A stretch of DNA of 64,000 nucleotides from an uncultured Oligoflexus sp. (GTDB lineage: Bacteria; Bdellovibrionota_B; Oligoflexia; Oligoflexales; Oligoflexaceae): the NCBI GenBank assembly GCA_964236955.1, contig CAXSGP010000001.1:53911-117910 (forward strand), in the 5' to 3' direction. Of the stretch, positions 1 through 9,702 are shown piece after piece. How positions within the stretch are numbered: the first letter of the stretch is position 1; every line of letters starts with the position of its first letter. Under the pieces are notes generated by a model. It was given only the letters and a program-made list of their open reading frames with translations. It made no database searches and was not told where the DNA came from. Both the position numbers and the translations under genes were made by a program.

Positions 1-1252
1 AAGGCATCCTGGGACTGACGTAGGGATAGCGCAGAACTTTCTCAACGAGAAAAGGCGCAATATGCAGCTTGATCGAGGACCACCAGGAAACAGTCGGCAA
101 CAGGCCCACACTATTAACGGTGAGGGAAGCGATTGAGGGTCGGGGTTTGAGCGCCAAAGCCATCATCACAACGATGCCGCCCACGCAATGCGCGATGACA
201 TGGAGGCCGGCAGCAGGGCAGTTTTTCTCTATATAGTCGAGGCAGGGCTGGACATCATGACGAGCCACATCGTCGAGACTGAAGCGATGCGGCTCAAGAT
301 TATAGCTATGCCTGGAACTTCCGCGCCAGTCGATCGACCAGACATCAGTGTAGGCATTGTCCAGTAGATACTGCACGAGATTTGCATGCTCCGGCATGAT
401 AAACATATCCGTTGAGGTCGTGAGCCCATGCAGCAAAACAGCTACATTCTTCGGGCCATTAAGATCATTGCGAAAGCGTTGGATGCTCAGTGTCAAGCCA
501 TCTTCGGTATCGACAGTGTGCGCCGAAATCTCCTGGGCCTTTACCCCTTGCAGCGTATGCACAGGGTAGCGCATTTGCGACCAGAGTTCTGGCTCAGGTC
601 GACTTAGCCTTGGAAAATAGGCTTGCCAGAGTTGCCCCAGGAACACCTTGGCAAAGGCGCTGACCGCTTCAGCTCGGGCGGCGAAGTCTTGACCGCTACT
701 CTCAAAAGTAGTGAGCTGTTGAATAAAATCTTCGGCCGTCAGGCGCAAAATGCCCTTGCCGAAAATTGCCGTAGGCTTGCCGCCATCATGGCCCTCCCAG
801 ATGTTGGTATAAAGGGTCGTGGTCTCGTTCCATACATCGAGGGCCTGGCCGTCTTCGATCGCCTTAAATCCATATAAAGTATAGGGCTGTCCCTTGGCAT
901 GAAAATAGAGCACATAGTGCATCTCGCGCAGTATCGTCGCTGCCTGATCGGGTGCCGATTTTACAAAGAGATTAAAGCTGCCATGAGCCAGGGGAATATT
1001 GCCACCGAGAGCCGGACATTCCAAATAACCTTCGACCCGGGCCGTAAGGTTTGGATCTTTTAAAAATGCGTGCATGTCATCGATGATGATTTTGATGAAA
1101 AACTTTAAAACTCTATCCAACTTTTCACCAATTTTCGTGCAGAACTGATAGCTTTCCAGAGTCTCGTCGCGATAACTGTCCAGTTCGGACCGGCAAGCGA
1201 AATGTCCATGCATCGTTTCGGAAAATGATAAAGAAACAGGTATTAAGCCCAT
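1..1252 (-). CDS. Alpha/beta-hydrolase fused to an N-terminal domain of the type found with cholesterol-oxidase-like GMC proteins (partial, runs off window)
   Basis: Absent from ORF track; translated by hand. GGAG RBS, ATG at 1252, MGLIPVSLSFSETMHGHF...VLLHGLTTSTDMF...VWSIDWRGS...VIAHCVGG (Cys at nucleophile elbow). Confidence 0.75.
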   Translation of the reverse strand, partial: MGLIPVSLSFSETMHGHFACRSELDSYRDETLESYQFCTKIGEKLDRVLKFFIKIIIDDMHAFLKDPNLTARVEGYLECPALGGNIPLAHGSFNLFVKSAPDQAATILREMHYVLYFHAKGQPYTLYGFKAIEDGQALDVWNETTTLYTNIWEGHDGGKPTAIFGKGILRLTAEDFIQQLTTFESSGQDFAARAEAVSAFAKVFLGQLWQAYFPRLSRPEPELWSQMRYPVHTLQGVKAQEISAHTVDTEDGLTLSIQRFRNDLNGPKNVAVLLHGLTTSTDMFIMPEHANLVQYLLDNAYTDVWSIDWRGSSRHSYNLEPHRFSLDDVARHDVQPCLDYIEKNCPAAGLHVIAHCVGGIVVMMALALKPRPSIASLTVNSVGLLPTVSWWSSIKLHIAPFLVEKVLRYPYVSPRMP

Positions 1253-1524
1253 AGTTCTCCCAGGCTTAAGGTCTTCTGCCTTGTACTTGAGCAAGAAAAT
1301 CTTTGGCACTGCTTGGTAAAAAAATAATGACTCTGGTGATTATAGCTTTCCCGAGAAAATCTTCCTAGGTTGTGCGTATTTCCAGGTATAAGTGAGAATG
1401 CCAAGGAACGCCTGACGCGTGGCTCTAGGCTCACCTGCCTGACAAAGAACAGGCAAGATCTGACGCCAAGAAGCCTTCCCGATTGGATTTTTCACTCATT
1501 CACTAGCAAATCAAGGCGCTTTGC

Positions 1525-1551
1525 TTTAGTTAAGTCTGGGGCGTCCGATCC
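1525..1551 (+). promoter_or_regulatory. Putative sigma28/FliA-type promoter (weak)
   Basis: TTTAG-N14-TCCGATCC just upstream of ATG 1579. Confidence 0.4.
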
Positions 1552-1578
1552 CTCTATACCTATTAGGAATTTGTTAAA

Positions 1579-3534
1579 ATGTTGGAGCGGGTCCTCTACA
1601 TATTCCTGTCGTTACTCTTTGCTTTTGCCACCCAGGCATATGCTGATGCCGTGCATTTGCGGGAATTTGGACCGACTGACTTCAATAATTCCATCGAGGT
1701 CTTCGAAGATATCAGCGCCACGATGAGTCTTGACGATGTGCTGGTGATGGATAAAGCCGGTCTATTCATCCCCAGGCAGCGCCTTCAGAGCAATGGTTTC
1801 GGCTTCACGCGCAGCACCATATGGGTAAAATCCCGTATTAGTAACGATTCAAGCTCATCAGAATGGATTGTTGGATCCACGCGTCCGGACTTTGTCGTGC
1901 TGGACGTCTATCTTTTGGACCCTAATGGAAAACTCCAAGTAGCCAAACAGTTCGGCACCAGCGTTGACCATAAAGAATTCAATACTCGGATCCCAGCGGG
2001 TCGACTTTCGCTCATACCGGGGGACGAATACACCCTATTTATGAAGGTCCGGAGTCCGCTCCAGCTCAGTCTGACTTTTTTCCTTCTCGACGAAAACGGT
2101 TTTTTGAACTATGCCTTAAGCGAATCGTTATTTTACTTCGCCTATTTTGGAACTGTGATCGCCCTCATTCTCTACAATCTTTTTCTCTTCCTCTTTCTGC
2201 GCTACCGCGACTATCTCTTCTACGTGATTTTTGGTCTGGCGATGCTGATCAATGCCTATGTACAGGCAGGATTTGCCGAGTTTTTTGGTCTCCACATTCC
2301 CTTCCTCGGATCAACCTCCGACGCCTGCCGCATCCTCCTCTTTCCGGCGATAGCGTCGGTCCTTTACACCCGGTCCTTTCTTCGTTTAAGAATAGTTGCA
2401 CCGAGGCTTAATCGGGTGATGGGTTACATCATTTGGTTAGAAGGCGCCTTTGCGCTCTTTCTATGGACCGATATCAGCTTTGAGTATTTGCGTTTCGTCA
2501 GTTACTTTGATGTCACGGCTGTCGTGTTGGTGTTTGTAGCCGCGGTCATTGCCATCAGAAAAGGCGATAAGAGTGCCAAGGTTTTTCTCTTCGCCTGGGG
2601 AATCCTTGCCGCCACCGTTGTGATATGGGTCCTGGGCAACAACGGCATTTTAGCAAAGAATATGTTTGTTGCCGACGTCCCTCTTTTTGGCAACATGTGC
2701 GAGATGGTATTGATGTCGATAGCTTTGGCTTTGCGAATCAAGGAGATTGACCAGCAGAAACTAGCAGCTGAAATGCGCGCACGTGAAAAAGACAACCTTC
2801 AGCATCTCCTGCGCATGGTGTGCCATGACATCAGCAATCCCCTGTCCATAATCAAAACCGTATTCTATCTGGGGGAACGGCGCGATCAGGCTTCGCCCGA
2901 AGAAATCAGAAACTGGCAACGCGTAAGACGGGCCTCCGATTCGATCGAGGCTATTATCAATCAGGTGCGAAAATATGAGGAGTTTCGCTCGGGAAAAATT
3001 GCTTTCGAACTCAAGGCCTGCTCGCTCAAAAAAGTGTTCGAGGAGCTTGAATTCTTTTTTGCGGGGCGCGCTCAGGATAAGGGCATCAGCCTCACCTGCC
3101 GTTTTCAACCGGGCATCGACGATATTTTTATCATGGCGGATGGGGTTTCATTAACGCACGAGGTCATGAACAATCTGGTATCCAATGCCATCAAATTCTC
3201 GATGCGTGGCGGCTCGGTGCTCGTCGAAGCAATCGCAAAGGCAGGCTTTGCCTCTATCACAGTCAAAGATAATGGCATCGGAATGTCAGAGGATGTCTTG
3301 GCTAGAATCTTTGACAACCATGGCCATACCACCCGTTTTGGAACGGCGCGCGAGGTCGGCTCGGGATTCGGAATGCCTCTTGTCAAAACTTTCCTGGAAA
3401 TGTTTGGAGGCGAGATTTCGATAAGCTCGGTGCCGATGGATGCCCCTCTCCATGATCTGTTCGGCTCCAAGCCGCCCACCCAACATGGGACGACGATCTG
3501 CATTCGACTCAAGATCGCGGAACCCGAACCTTAG
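1579..3534 (+). CDS. 7TM-DISM sensor histidine kinase
   Basis: Signal peptide, periplasmic domain, about 7 TM helices, H-box HDISNPL, N-box NNLVSNAIKF, G1 DNGIGM, G2 GSGFGM. Confidence 0.9.
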   Translation: MLERVLYIFLSLLFAFATQAYADAVHLREFGPTDFNNSIEVFEDISATMSLDDVLVMDKAGLFIPRQRLQSNGFGFTRSTIWVKSRISNDSSSSEWIVGSTRPDFVVLDVYLLDPNGKLQVAKQFGTSVDHKEFNTRIPAGRLSLIPGDEYTLFMKVRSPLQLSLTFFLLDENGFLNYALSESLFYFAYFGTVIALILYNLFLFLFLRYRDYLFYVIFGLAMLINAYVQAGFAEFFGLHIPFLGSTSDACRILLFPAIASVLYTRSFLRLRIVAPRLNRVMGYIIWLEGAFALFLWTDISFEYLRFVSYFDVTAVVLVFVAAVIAIRKGDKSAKVFLFAWGILAATVVIWVLGNNGILAKNMFVADVPLFGNMCEMVLMSIALALRIKEIDQQKLAAEMRAREKDNLQHLLRMVCHDISNPLSIIKTVFYLGERRDQASPEEIRNWQRVRRASDSIEAIINQVRKYEEFRSGKIAFELKACSLKKVFEELEFFFAGRAQDKGISLTCRFQPGIDDIFIMADGVSLTHEVMNNLVSNAIKFSMRGGSVLVEAIAKAGFASITVKDNGIGMSEDVLARIFDNHGHTTRFGTAREVGSGFGMPLVKTFLEMFGGEISISSVPMDAPLHDLFGSKPPTQHGTTICIRLKIAEPEP

Positions 3535-3621
3535 CCTGTCCTTACAGGCGGCGGTGATGCGGCTTCCCATGGCCTACCATCTCAAGCGAACAGGGATCAG
3601 CATACCAGGCGCTCTGCCGAC

Positions 3622-4347
3622 TTAACTCTTGGCAACTATTCTCATGATACATCGCCCGACACGAACCTCGTCGGTAGCCTGAACCCTATGCATGCCCGAA
3701 ATCTTTTGACCGTTGAGAAAAGCACCGTTGGTGGAACCCTGATCTTCGATGAAGACCTCGCCCGTGTCATTCAGTTTGATCATAAGATGTTTTCGCGAAA
3801 TTTCGGTATCCTGATCGAAATGCCCAAAGCTCGACGCTCGCCCTATATAGACCAACTTTTGCTGCAGTTCTATGGTCTCGCGATGATTGTTGCCGTAGGT
3901 AACCACGATCTCAAGATAGACTTTATTCGCCTGCTTCAACTCCCGCTCGATCAGCGTATCGACGAGCGAGCTGGCTTTGTCCATCTTTTTTGTCGAGCTA
4001 TAAAGCGTCGGTATATGCCGAACGTTCTTTTCATCTTCGAGGCCGAAACGAAACACAGTTTTGCCGATCTCAAGGATGTCGCCTTCCTTGAGCCGGGCTT
4101 TTACGATGCGCTGGCCATTGACGAACGTACCGTTGCTGCTATTCATATCAAAGATATGATAGGTGTCCTCGATACATTGAATCTGGCAGTGGGTGGCAGA
4201 TACCTCAAAGTCCGAAACTATGATATCTGCTTTTTCCCGGCCGAATATGGTATTGTCCCGACGGAGCTTTACCAGCTCGTTTTGACTTTTCCCCGATATA
4301 CAGACCAGCACCCCTCGTTTATCTTTATCCGCTTTTGCCTTGGTCAT
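3622..4347 (-). CDS. Tandem (two) FHA-domain protein
   Basis: FGR...VSATH...SSNGTFVNG and IGR...ISRKH...STNGAFLNG. Confidence 0.9.
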   Translation of the reverse strand: MTKAKADKDKRGVLVCISGKSQNELVKLRRDNTIFGREKADIIVSDFEVSATHCQIQCIEDTYHIFDMNSSNGTFVNGQRIVKARLKEGDILEIGKTVFRFGLEDEKNVRHIPTLYSSTKKMDKASSLVDTLIERELKQANKVYLEIVVTYGNNHRETIELQQKLVYIGRASSFGHFDQDTEISRKHLMIKLNDTGEVFIEDQGSTNGAFLNGQKISGMHRVQATDEVRVGRCIMRIVAKS

Positions 4348-4576
4348 GCCTTCCCTCGTGGAAGCCTTTACTATGGCAACATTGCATAGAAAATCAGGAA
4401 GGAGTCGTAAAAACTCAAACCGGGTCGACTCACTTCTTTGCTCACCAAGTCATTATAATCCATACGTCCCAGCGAAACTATGGTTTGGTATCAAAAGTAA
4501 ACCACTTGCTCCTTTCGCCTTTTTCAAAAAAACCTAATTTTTCAAGTAAACTAATGCAATTAATGAGTTTAGAACC

Positions 4577-4594
4577 TTGGCTCGTTTTATGCAT
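4577..4594 (+). promoter_or_regulatory. Putative sigma54 (-24/-12) promoter
   Basis: TTGGCTCGTTTTATGCAT, exact GG-N10-GC spacing, about 90 nt before ATG 4686. Confidence 0.55.
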
Positions 4595-4685
4595 AATCTT
4601 TGCTGATTGAAAAGGACACAGCAATGAAATCAGATGATGAGCGCCGACCTGGCTGCAGTTGCTGGTTTAACAAAAGGGGGGGAGG

Positions 4686-5798
4686 ATGGATTGGGACCAT
4701 ACAATAGGCGAGGTCAAAGAACTCTTCTATCAATGTCGGTTCAAGCAGGTGGTCTCAGTCGTGGACATGCATTGCCAAAATAGCAGCCCATCCCTCGACC
4801 ATTACTTTACCATGCAGATGCGCAAGTCGATGGCGCTCTTTGAAATGCACCGCGTTGCGGAGTCTCGTCTCGTACTCCGGGATTTGACACAATTTCAGCA
4901 AAAGCAATCGGATGTCTATCTTTATGCAACCGCACGCCTTGCCTATGCGGATCAAGAATACGAGATGGCCGAACGTCTTTTTAAAATACTGGCCGACAAA
5001 AGCGAAACGGTAAAAGATTATTTTCAGGCCGTGCTCGGTCTGGCCAATGTCTATTATTCGCTTAAGAAACCGCAGGATATCGATCGTTTAGTGCAGGAGA
5101 TGGAGGAGCTCGAGGATCTGGTTAATCTTGATCAAAAGCTGAGTCTTTATCTGGTTCGTGCCAACGTGAGTCATACTTTTCACCCGGATGCTGCTGTTTC
5201 AAAGAAGTTTCTGCAGATGGTGATTCGTGAGGCAGCGGCTCAGAAATGGCATTACTTCATAATAAAGGCGCTCTATAGTCAGGCGTGTATCTACAAGGAT
5301 CTTGGAAAATACGACTCCTTGGAAGTAAGTCTTGATCTTCTCCACTGTTATCTTGATCCCGAAGAATGTGTATATCTCACGTATCTGGTAAACGAAAAAT
5401 TTAAGGATTTAGACTACTCGTTAAGCTATACGATGCAGATGGATCCTGATCTACGTAGAATATGCGTGCAGGAAAAATGGATTCCTTTGCACGACAAGCC
5501 TTTGATTTACGACTTTTTGGAGTTACTGTATAGCCGTGGGACTTTTGTTGGGAAACACGAAATTGCGTCTCGACTTTGGCCGGAAGAAGAGTATAAACCT
5601 AGAACGCACGACCCACGGATTTTTGACCTTGCACGTCGGATTCGTGCTCTGATTGAGCCTTATGAAAACCAGCCTGTTTGTTTGCTGTCGGGTAGACAGG
5701 GTTACAAATTGGCTGGTAAAGACCAGACTAATTTGCTTAGTAAGATTGACAAAGATCATGAACGGAGGATTTTATATGAACATCGCGAATCCGTGTAA
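4686..5798 (+). CDS. TPR-like helical repeat protein with C-terminal OmpR/PhoB-type winged-helix DNA-binding domain
   Basis: Helical repeats, then VGKHEIASRLW...RIFDLARRIRALIE...RQGYKL; GGAGG RBS. Confidence 0.75.
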   Translation: MDWDHTIGEVKELFYQCRFKQVVSVVDMHCQNSSPSLDHYFTMQMRKSMALFEMHRVAESRLVLRDLTQFQQKQSDVYLYATARLAYADQEYEMAERLFKILADKSETVKDYFQAVLGLANVYYSLKKPQDIDRLVQEMEELEDLVNLDQKLSLYLVRANVSHTFHPDAAVSKKFLQMVIREAAAQKWHYFIIKALYSQACIYKDLGKYDSLEVSLDLLHCYLDPEECVYLTYLVNEKFKDLDYSLSYTMQMDPDLRRICVQEKWIPLHDKPLIYDFLELLYSRGTFVGKHEIASRLWPEEEYKPRTHDPRIFDLARRIRALIEPYENQPVCLLSGRQGYKLAGKDQTNLLSKIDKDHERRILYEHRESV

Positions 5799-6330
5799 GT
5801 TGTTTCTAATCGTCAGTGCCCTAACTGCTGGCTTTGCCTTGAGAGCCGATGGCACTCTTCCTATTCCCCTTCCCGTTTCCGAGACCGAACTGCCGCTTAA
5901 TTTAAATGGTAACAGGGAAATCACAACCACCACAGCTCAAGGACTCCAGACCAAAGTGAAGCTTGAGTTCGGCATTTCTATCGAGCAGGACAGGGCTGAA
6001 TCGGTGAGCCTTGGTATAAGACAGCTCTGTGATCCGGGCCTGCAATTTTATTCCATCGACGGATCCGCTCAATTGTCGGGCGATGACTTATACGAACTTA
6101 AAGGCATCTGCGCCCCTCAAAATTTCAATAAACCCGGCCGCCGTCAGTTCATAGCAGAAAAGCCCGGACGTATTCTCAAGGTTGATGGTGACTTTAAAGC
6201 CAGCGAATCACCGAACCAAGGCAAGATCAGATCCTTTTCAGGAAATTTAACAGAACTCGACAGCGTCACCCGTCTTCCCCTCTCGGCCGACGGTGTAAGG
6301 AAGACGATAACCTTCAGTATAGAGAACTGA
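5776..6330 (+). CDS. Hypothetical secreted protein
   Basis: GGAGG RBS then ATG 5776, overlapping the regulator 3' end; signal peptide ...TAGFALRA|DG. Confidence 0.7.
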   Translation: MNIANPCKLFLIVSALTAGFALRADGTLPIPLPVSETELPLNLNGNREITTTTAQGLQTKVKLEFGISIEQDRAESVSLGIRQLCDPGLQFYSIDGSAQLSGDDLYELKGICAPQNFNKPGRRQFIAEKPGRILKVDGDFKASESPNQGKIRSFSGNLTELDSVTRLPLSADGVRKTITFSIEN

Positions 6331-6504
6331 AATTTTTCATAGTTCGTCTTAGGTTTGCAGCAGCTTGGTGAAAAGACTAAGCTGCTTTTTTGCATTTTGA
6401 AGGGTAGATTCAATCTTAGGAAAGCTGTTTCAGTCAAGCTATTCTCGTTGCATTTTTTCTCGATATCCGAGAAACTTTTGACCCATCACGTCGAAAGGCT
6501 AAAG

Positions 6505-7548
6505 ATGAACGTCCAACAGACTCTAGACACTATGCACGAAAAACTTGGCGGCCTTCTTCCGGATTTTGAAATTGACGCTAAAGCTGTCTTGGTCAGTGAA
6601 ATCAATAGGCTTAAGAAGGAGCGCAATGCTGTCATACTTGGCCATAATTATATGGAAGCGGCACTTTTCCACATGGTTGCCGATATCAAGGGGGATTCGT
6701 TAGAGCTCTGTCGCAAGGCTGCTGAGACCGACAAAGATATCATTGTATTCTGTGGGGTAGAATTTATGGCTGAGTCGGCCAAAATTCTTAATCCGACCCG
6801 TAAGGTTCTTCTCCCATCGAAAAAGGCCGGCTGTTCCCTAGCCTCTTCGATTACTGCCGAGGACGTTCGAAAACTTAAAGAACAATTTCCAGGCGTGCCG
6901 GTACTTGCCTATATCAACACCTATGCTGCGGTTAAAGCTGAAGTCGACATTTGCGTAACGTCGGGGAATGCGGTGAAGATTGCTCAGCAACTTGAATCCG
7001 ATCACATCATCTTTGTGCCTGATGAGTATCTAGCGAAAAACATCGCCAAGCTTACCGGTAAAAAGATTATTTTCCCTGAGACGGTATTGGATTCTGCTCT
7101 GCGTGGGAGCGATGGTCTTTTGCAAAAAGTCTTTGTCGGATGGCATGGCAAGTGCGAAGTCCATGATCTTTTCACGGTTCAGGATATCAAGGATGTCCGC
7201 GCTCAGTATCCTGATGTCGTGGTCCTTGCCCACCCTGAGTGTCCACCCGATGTTGTGGAAGCTGCCGATTTTTCAGGTTCAACCTCGGCTATGATAAAAT
7301 ACGTAAAGGATGTGGAGGCGCCCCGTTACCTTCTCCTCACCGAATGTGCGATGGCCGATAACATTATCGCCGACAACAAAAGCAAGGATATCCTTCGCCT
7401 CTGTAGTCACCGCTGTCCGCATATGGCTCAGATTACCCTGCAGGACACCTTGGATTCCTTGCTTTATGATCGCTATGAGATCACGCTTGATGAAGAGCTA
7501 AGGTTGAAGGCGAAACGGTCGATCGACCGCATGCTGGAAATGTCTTAG
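6505..7548 (+). CDS. nadA: Quinolinate synthase
   Basis: ILGHNYM, GDSLEL, CGVEFMAE, GCSLA, CEVH, AHPEC, CPHM; start refined to MNVQQ. Confidence 0.95.
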   Translation: MNVQQTLDTMHEKLGGLLPDFEIDAKAVLVSEINRLKKERNAVILGHNYMEAALFHMVADIKGDSLELCRKAAETDKDIIVFCGVEFMAESAKILNPTRKVLLPSKKAGCSLASSITAEDVRKLKEQFPGVPVLAYINTYAAVKAEVDICVTSGNAVKIAQQLESDHIIFVPDEYLAKNIAKLTGKKIIFPETVLDSALRGSDGLLQKVFVGWHGKCEVHDLFTVQDIKDVRAQYPDVVVLAHPECPPDVVEAADFSGSTSAMIKYVKDVEAPRYLLLTECAMADNIIADNKSKDILRLCSHRCPHMAQITLQDTLDSLLYDRYEITLDEELRLKAKRSIDRMLEMS

Positions 7549-7555
7549 GGCCCGG

Positions 7556-7581
7556 GCTGCCCTTAAATGAGGCGGCTTTTT
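7556..7581 (+). terminator. Possible intrinsic terminator after nadA
   Basis: GCTGCC...GGCGGC stem followed by TTTTT. Confidence 0.45.
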
Positions 7582-7667
7582 AGTTATTGGCGTTGAAACA
7601 CCCAAGCAGCAGCCATTCAAACTTTCAATCACCAGAATAAGTCCGCGCCGCGCCAGCCTCTTAGCAC

Positions 7668-8705
7668 TCAACTCCACAGGCCCGGCTTATCAATCCACTC
7701 CTCCTGATCAATAAGATCGCTCAAGAGTTCTCTCCAATAGGCATCCGTCCCATAATTTGGAAAAGCCCGAATAAAGGCCGGATCCGTTCGTCGGTTGCCG
7801 ATCCAGGCTGCAAAATGAATCATACGAAAGCTACGAAGCAGTTCGATCAGCTTGAGCGTCTCGCGCGGAAAAGGCCGCATCTGCTCATAGGCTTCAATCA
7901 AATGATCCATCATGCGTTGCGCATAAAGATCACGCCCGGGAAGGAGCAGCCAAAGATCCTGTACGGCAGGACCGATCAGGCAGTCATCAAAATCCACCCA
8001 CGAAAAATGGTTGCCGAACTGCAGAAGGTTCCCCATGTGGCAGTCGCCATGGATGAGAATAGAATCGGCACTTCGGAAACGATCCGCAGCGATCAGCATA
8101 AGCCGATCGACCATTTCTTTAAACGCCTCACGCAGATGTTCAGGAATCAAATTCTCACGAATCAGAAATGCAAAGTTTTCTTTGAGATAAATTTCCGGAG
8201 TCAATTTTATGCGATGTCGGGCACTTAGTTTTGCGCCCACATTGTGCATGCGGGCCAGCAGCCGGCCGATCTGTTCGATTTCAGTAAAACTGATTTCCTG
8301 AGGGGAACGGCCCGCTACTTTTGGAAAAATGGCATAATAAATGCCACTATCCGCAAGCTGATGCAGAGTTTCCCCATCCACAAAGAGTCTGGGCGCCACC
8401 ACAGGAATTTCGTTCTTATCCAAAGCTTTTAAATAGGCATGCTCTTCCAGGATCTGCTCCCTTGTCCAGCGGCCGGGACGATAAAATTTGGCGATCACAA
8501 GATGGTCGATGGTGCGCGTATCTTCCGCAAGGTCTTCGTCCCGCTCCAGTTCGATTTCGTAAACCCGGTTCTCCATGCTTGCATGAGCCATACTGCGGCC
8601 CGTGCAGCGCAATCCCAGCGAGTATTCCACAGCATCCAAAACCTTATCGGGGGTCAGCGCATAAAAAAACTGCGTCTCGCGCGAACCCCAAGCAGACTGA
8701 ACCAT
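7668..8705 (-). CDS. srkA: Stress response kinase SrkA/RdoA (APH-like)
   Basis: SMENRVY, AKFYRPGRW, IHGDCHMGN, VDFDD, GPAVQDLW; start refined by GAGG RBS. Confidence 0.9.
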   Translation of the reverse strand: MVQSAWGSRETQFFYALTPDKVLDAVEYSLGLRCTGRSMAHASMENRVYEIELERDEDLAEDTRTIDHLVIAKFYRPGRWTREQILEEHAYLKALDKNEIPVVAPRLFVDGETLHQLADSGIYYAIFPKVAGRSPQEISFTEIEQIGRLLARMHNVGAKLSARHRIKLTPEIYLKENFAFLIRENLIPEHLREAFKEMVDRLMLIAADRFRSADSILIHGDCHMGNLLQFGNHFSWVDFDDCLIGPAVQDLWLLLPGRDLYAQRMMDHLIEAYEQMRPFPRETLKLIELLRSFRMIHFAAWIGNRRTDPAFIRAFPNYGTDAYWRELLSDLIDQEEWIDKPGLWS

Positions 8706-8899
8706 ACTAACCTCAACAGCTTCCGAGCAAAATACCAGGCTCGAAGGTCCCATATTTCTCCCTAAGAGTCTCCCCAGTTCCTCAGCAGCACAACAATTTT
8801 TGAAATCCACAAGCCGGTGAAATCAGCCATAGGCAGAGCCTACCCTGCCGTTAGGTAAGAAATGACAGTAAGAAATTCAACAACTTAGCCTCGTCTCAT

Positions 8900-8926
8900 T
8901 AAAGTTAAGTTCATACGCTCCGAAAT
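8900..8926 (+). promoter_or_regulatory. Putative sigma28/FliA-type promoter
   Basis: TAAAG-N14-TCCGAAAT, 40 nt before ATG 8967. Confidence 0.55.
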
Positions 8927-8966
8927 AATGAATAGGAAAGTGTCATGTCACAGGAAAGGACAGCAC

Positions 8967-9656
8967 ATGAGAATGAGGCACTCTGTCAAATGGATGTTGA
9001 TAGGCGTCTTAACGATGCCAGGTCTAACCGCTTGCTCGTTCGGAGGTGGGGATGAAGAAGCCCCAGAAGTAGAGGCTAGTGACGAAGGCAATGCAGCAAG
9101 CGCTGAAGGGGAAGGCAACGAAGCCGTTGCAACCGAAGGTGCTGAAGGCGCCGAAGCCAATGCCGCAAATGGTGCAGAAGGCAATGCCGCCTTTGAGGAT
9201 CCGAACGGCGCCGGCAACGCAGCTACAGCGGAAGCACCAGCCAATGAGATTCCACCGGAACTTCTTAACTCAGAAAACCCAACTGCAGGCGCCGAAAATG
9301 CGGCACCAGCTGATGGCAACATGGCAGCCGCAGCTCCCGAAGCTCCAGCCGCCGATCCAGCAGCCGCAGCTGCAGCACCTGCCGCAGAAGCGGTAGCCGC
9401 AGCCGCTGCACCGGCTGAAGCGGTAGCCGCCCCTGGCGGTTCGCGCGTGTACTATGTAAATGCGGAATCTGTCGCTCTTCATAAAGAAGCGTCAGCTAGC
9501 GCCCAAAGCGTGGGTAAACTTAAAAGAGGTGATCCCGTCCTCGTCGTCGTCGAAGGCGCTTGGGCAAACGTTGTGAACCGTGGTTATGTCGAAGTCGCAA
9601 GTCTTTCCATGGCACCCGTCGGTCGATCCACGCACGGCCCTAAATCCTGGCAATGA
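8967..9656 (+). CDS. Lipoprotein with long Ala/Glu/Pro-rich linker and C-terminal SH3b-like domain
   Basis: Lipobox LTAC; low-complexity linker; YYVNAESVALH...VGKLKRGDPV...WANV...GYV. Confidence 0.8.
   Translation: MRMRHSVKWMLIGVLTMPGLTACSFGGGDEEAPEVEASDEGNAASAEGEGNEAVATEGAEGAEANAANGAEGNAAFEDPNGAGNAATAEAPANEIPPELLNSENPTAGAENAAPADGNMAAAAPEAPAADPAAAAAAPAAEAVAAAAAPAEAVAAPGGSRVYYVNAESVALHKEASASAQSVGKLKRGDPVLVVVEGAWANVVNRGYVEVASLSMAPVGRSTHGPKSWQ
9387..9430 (+). repeat. Intragenic direct repeat, 30-nt period
   Basis: GAAGCGGTAGCCGC at 9387-9400 and 9417-9430. Confidence 0.7.
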
Positions 9657-9670
9657 CACGTCCTCAGAAC

Positions 9671-9702
9671 AAGCCCTTTTCTCCTTATGAAAGGGGCTTT
9701 TT
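9671..9702. terminator. Hairpin between convergent genes
   Basis: AAGCCCTTT...AAGGGGCTT followed by T-run. Confidence 0.55.
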
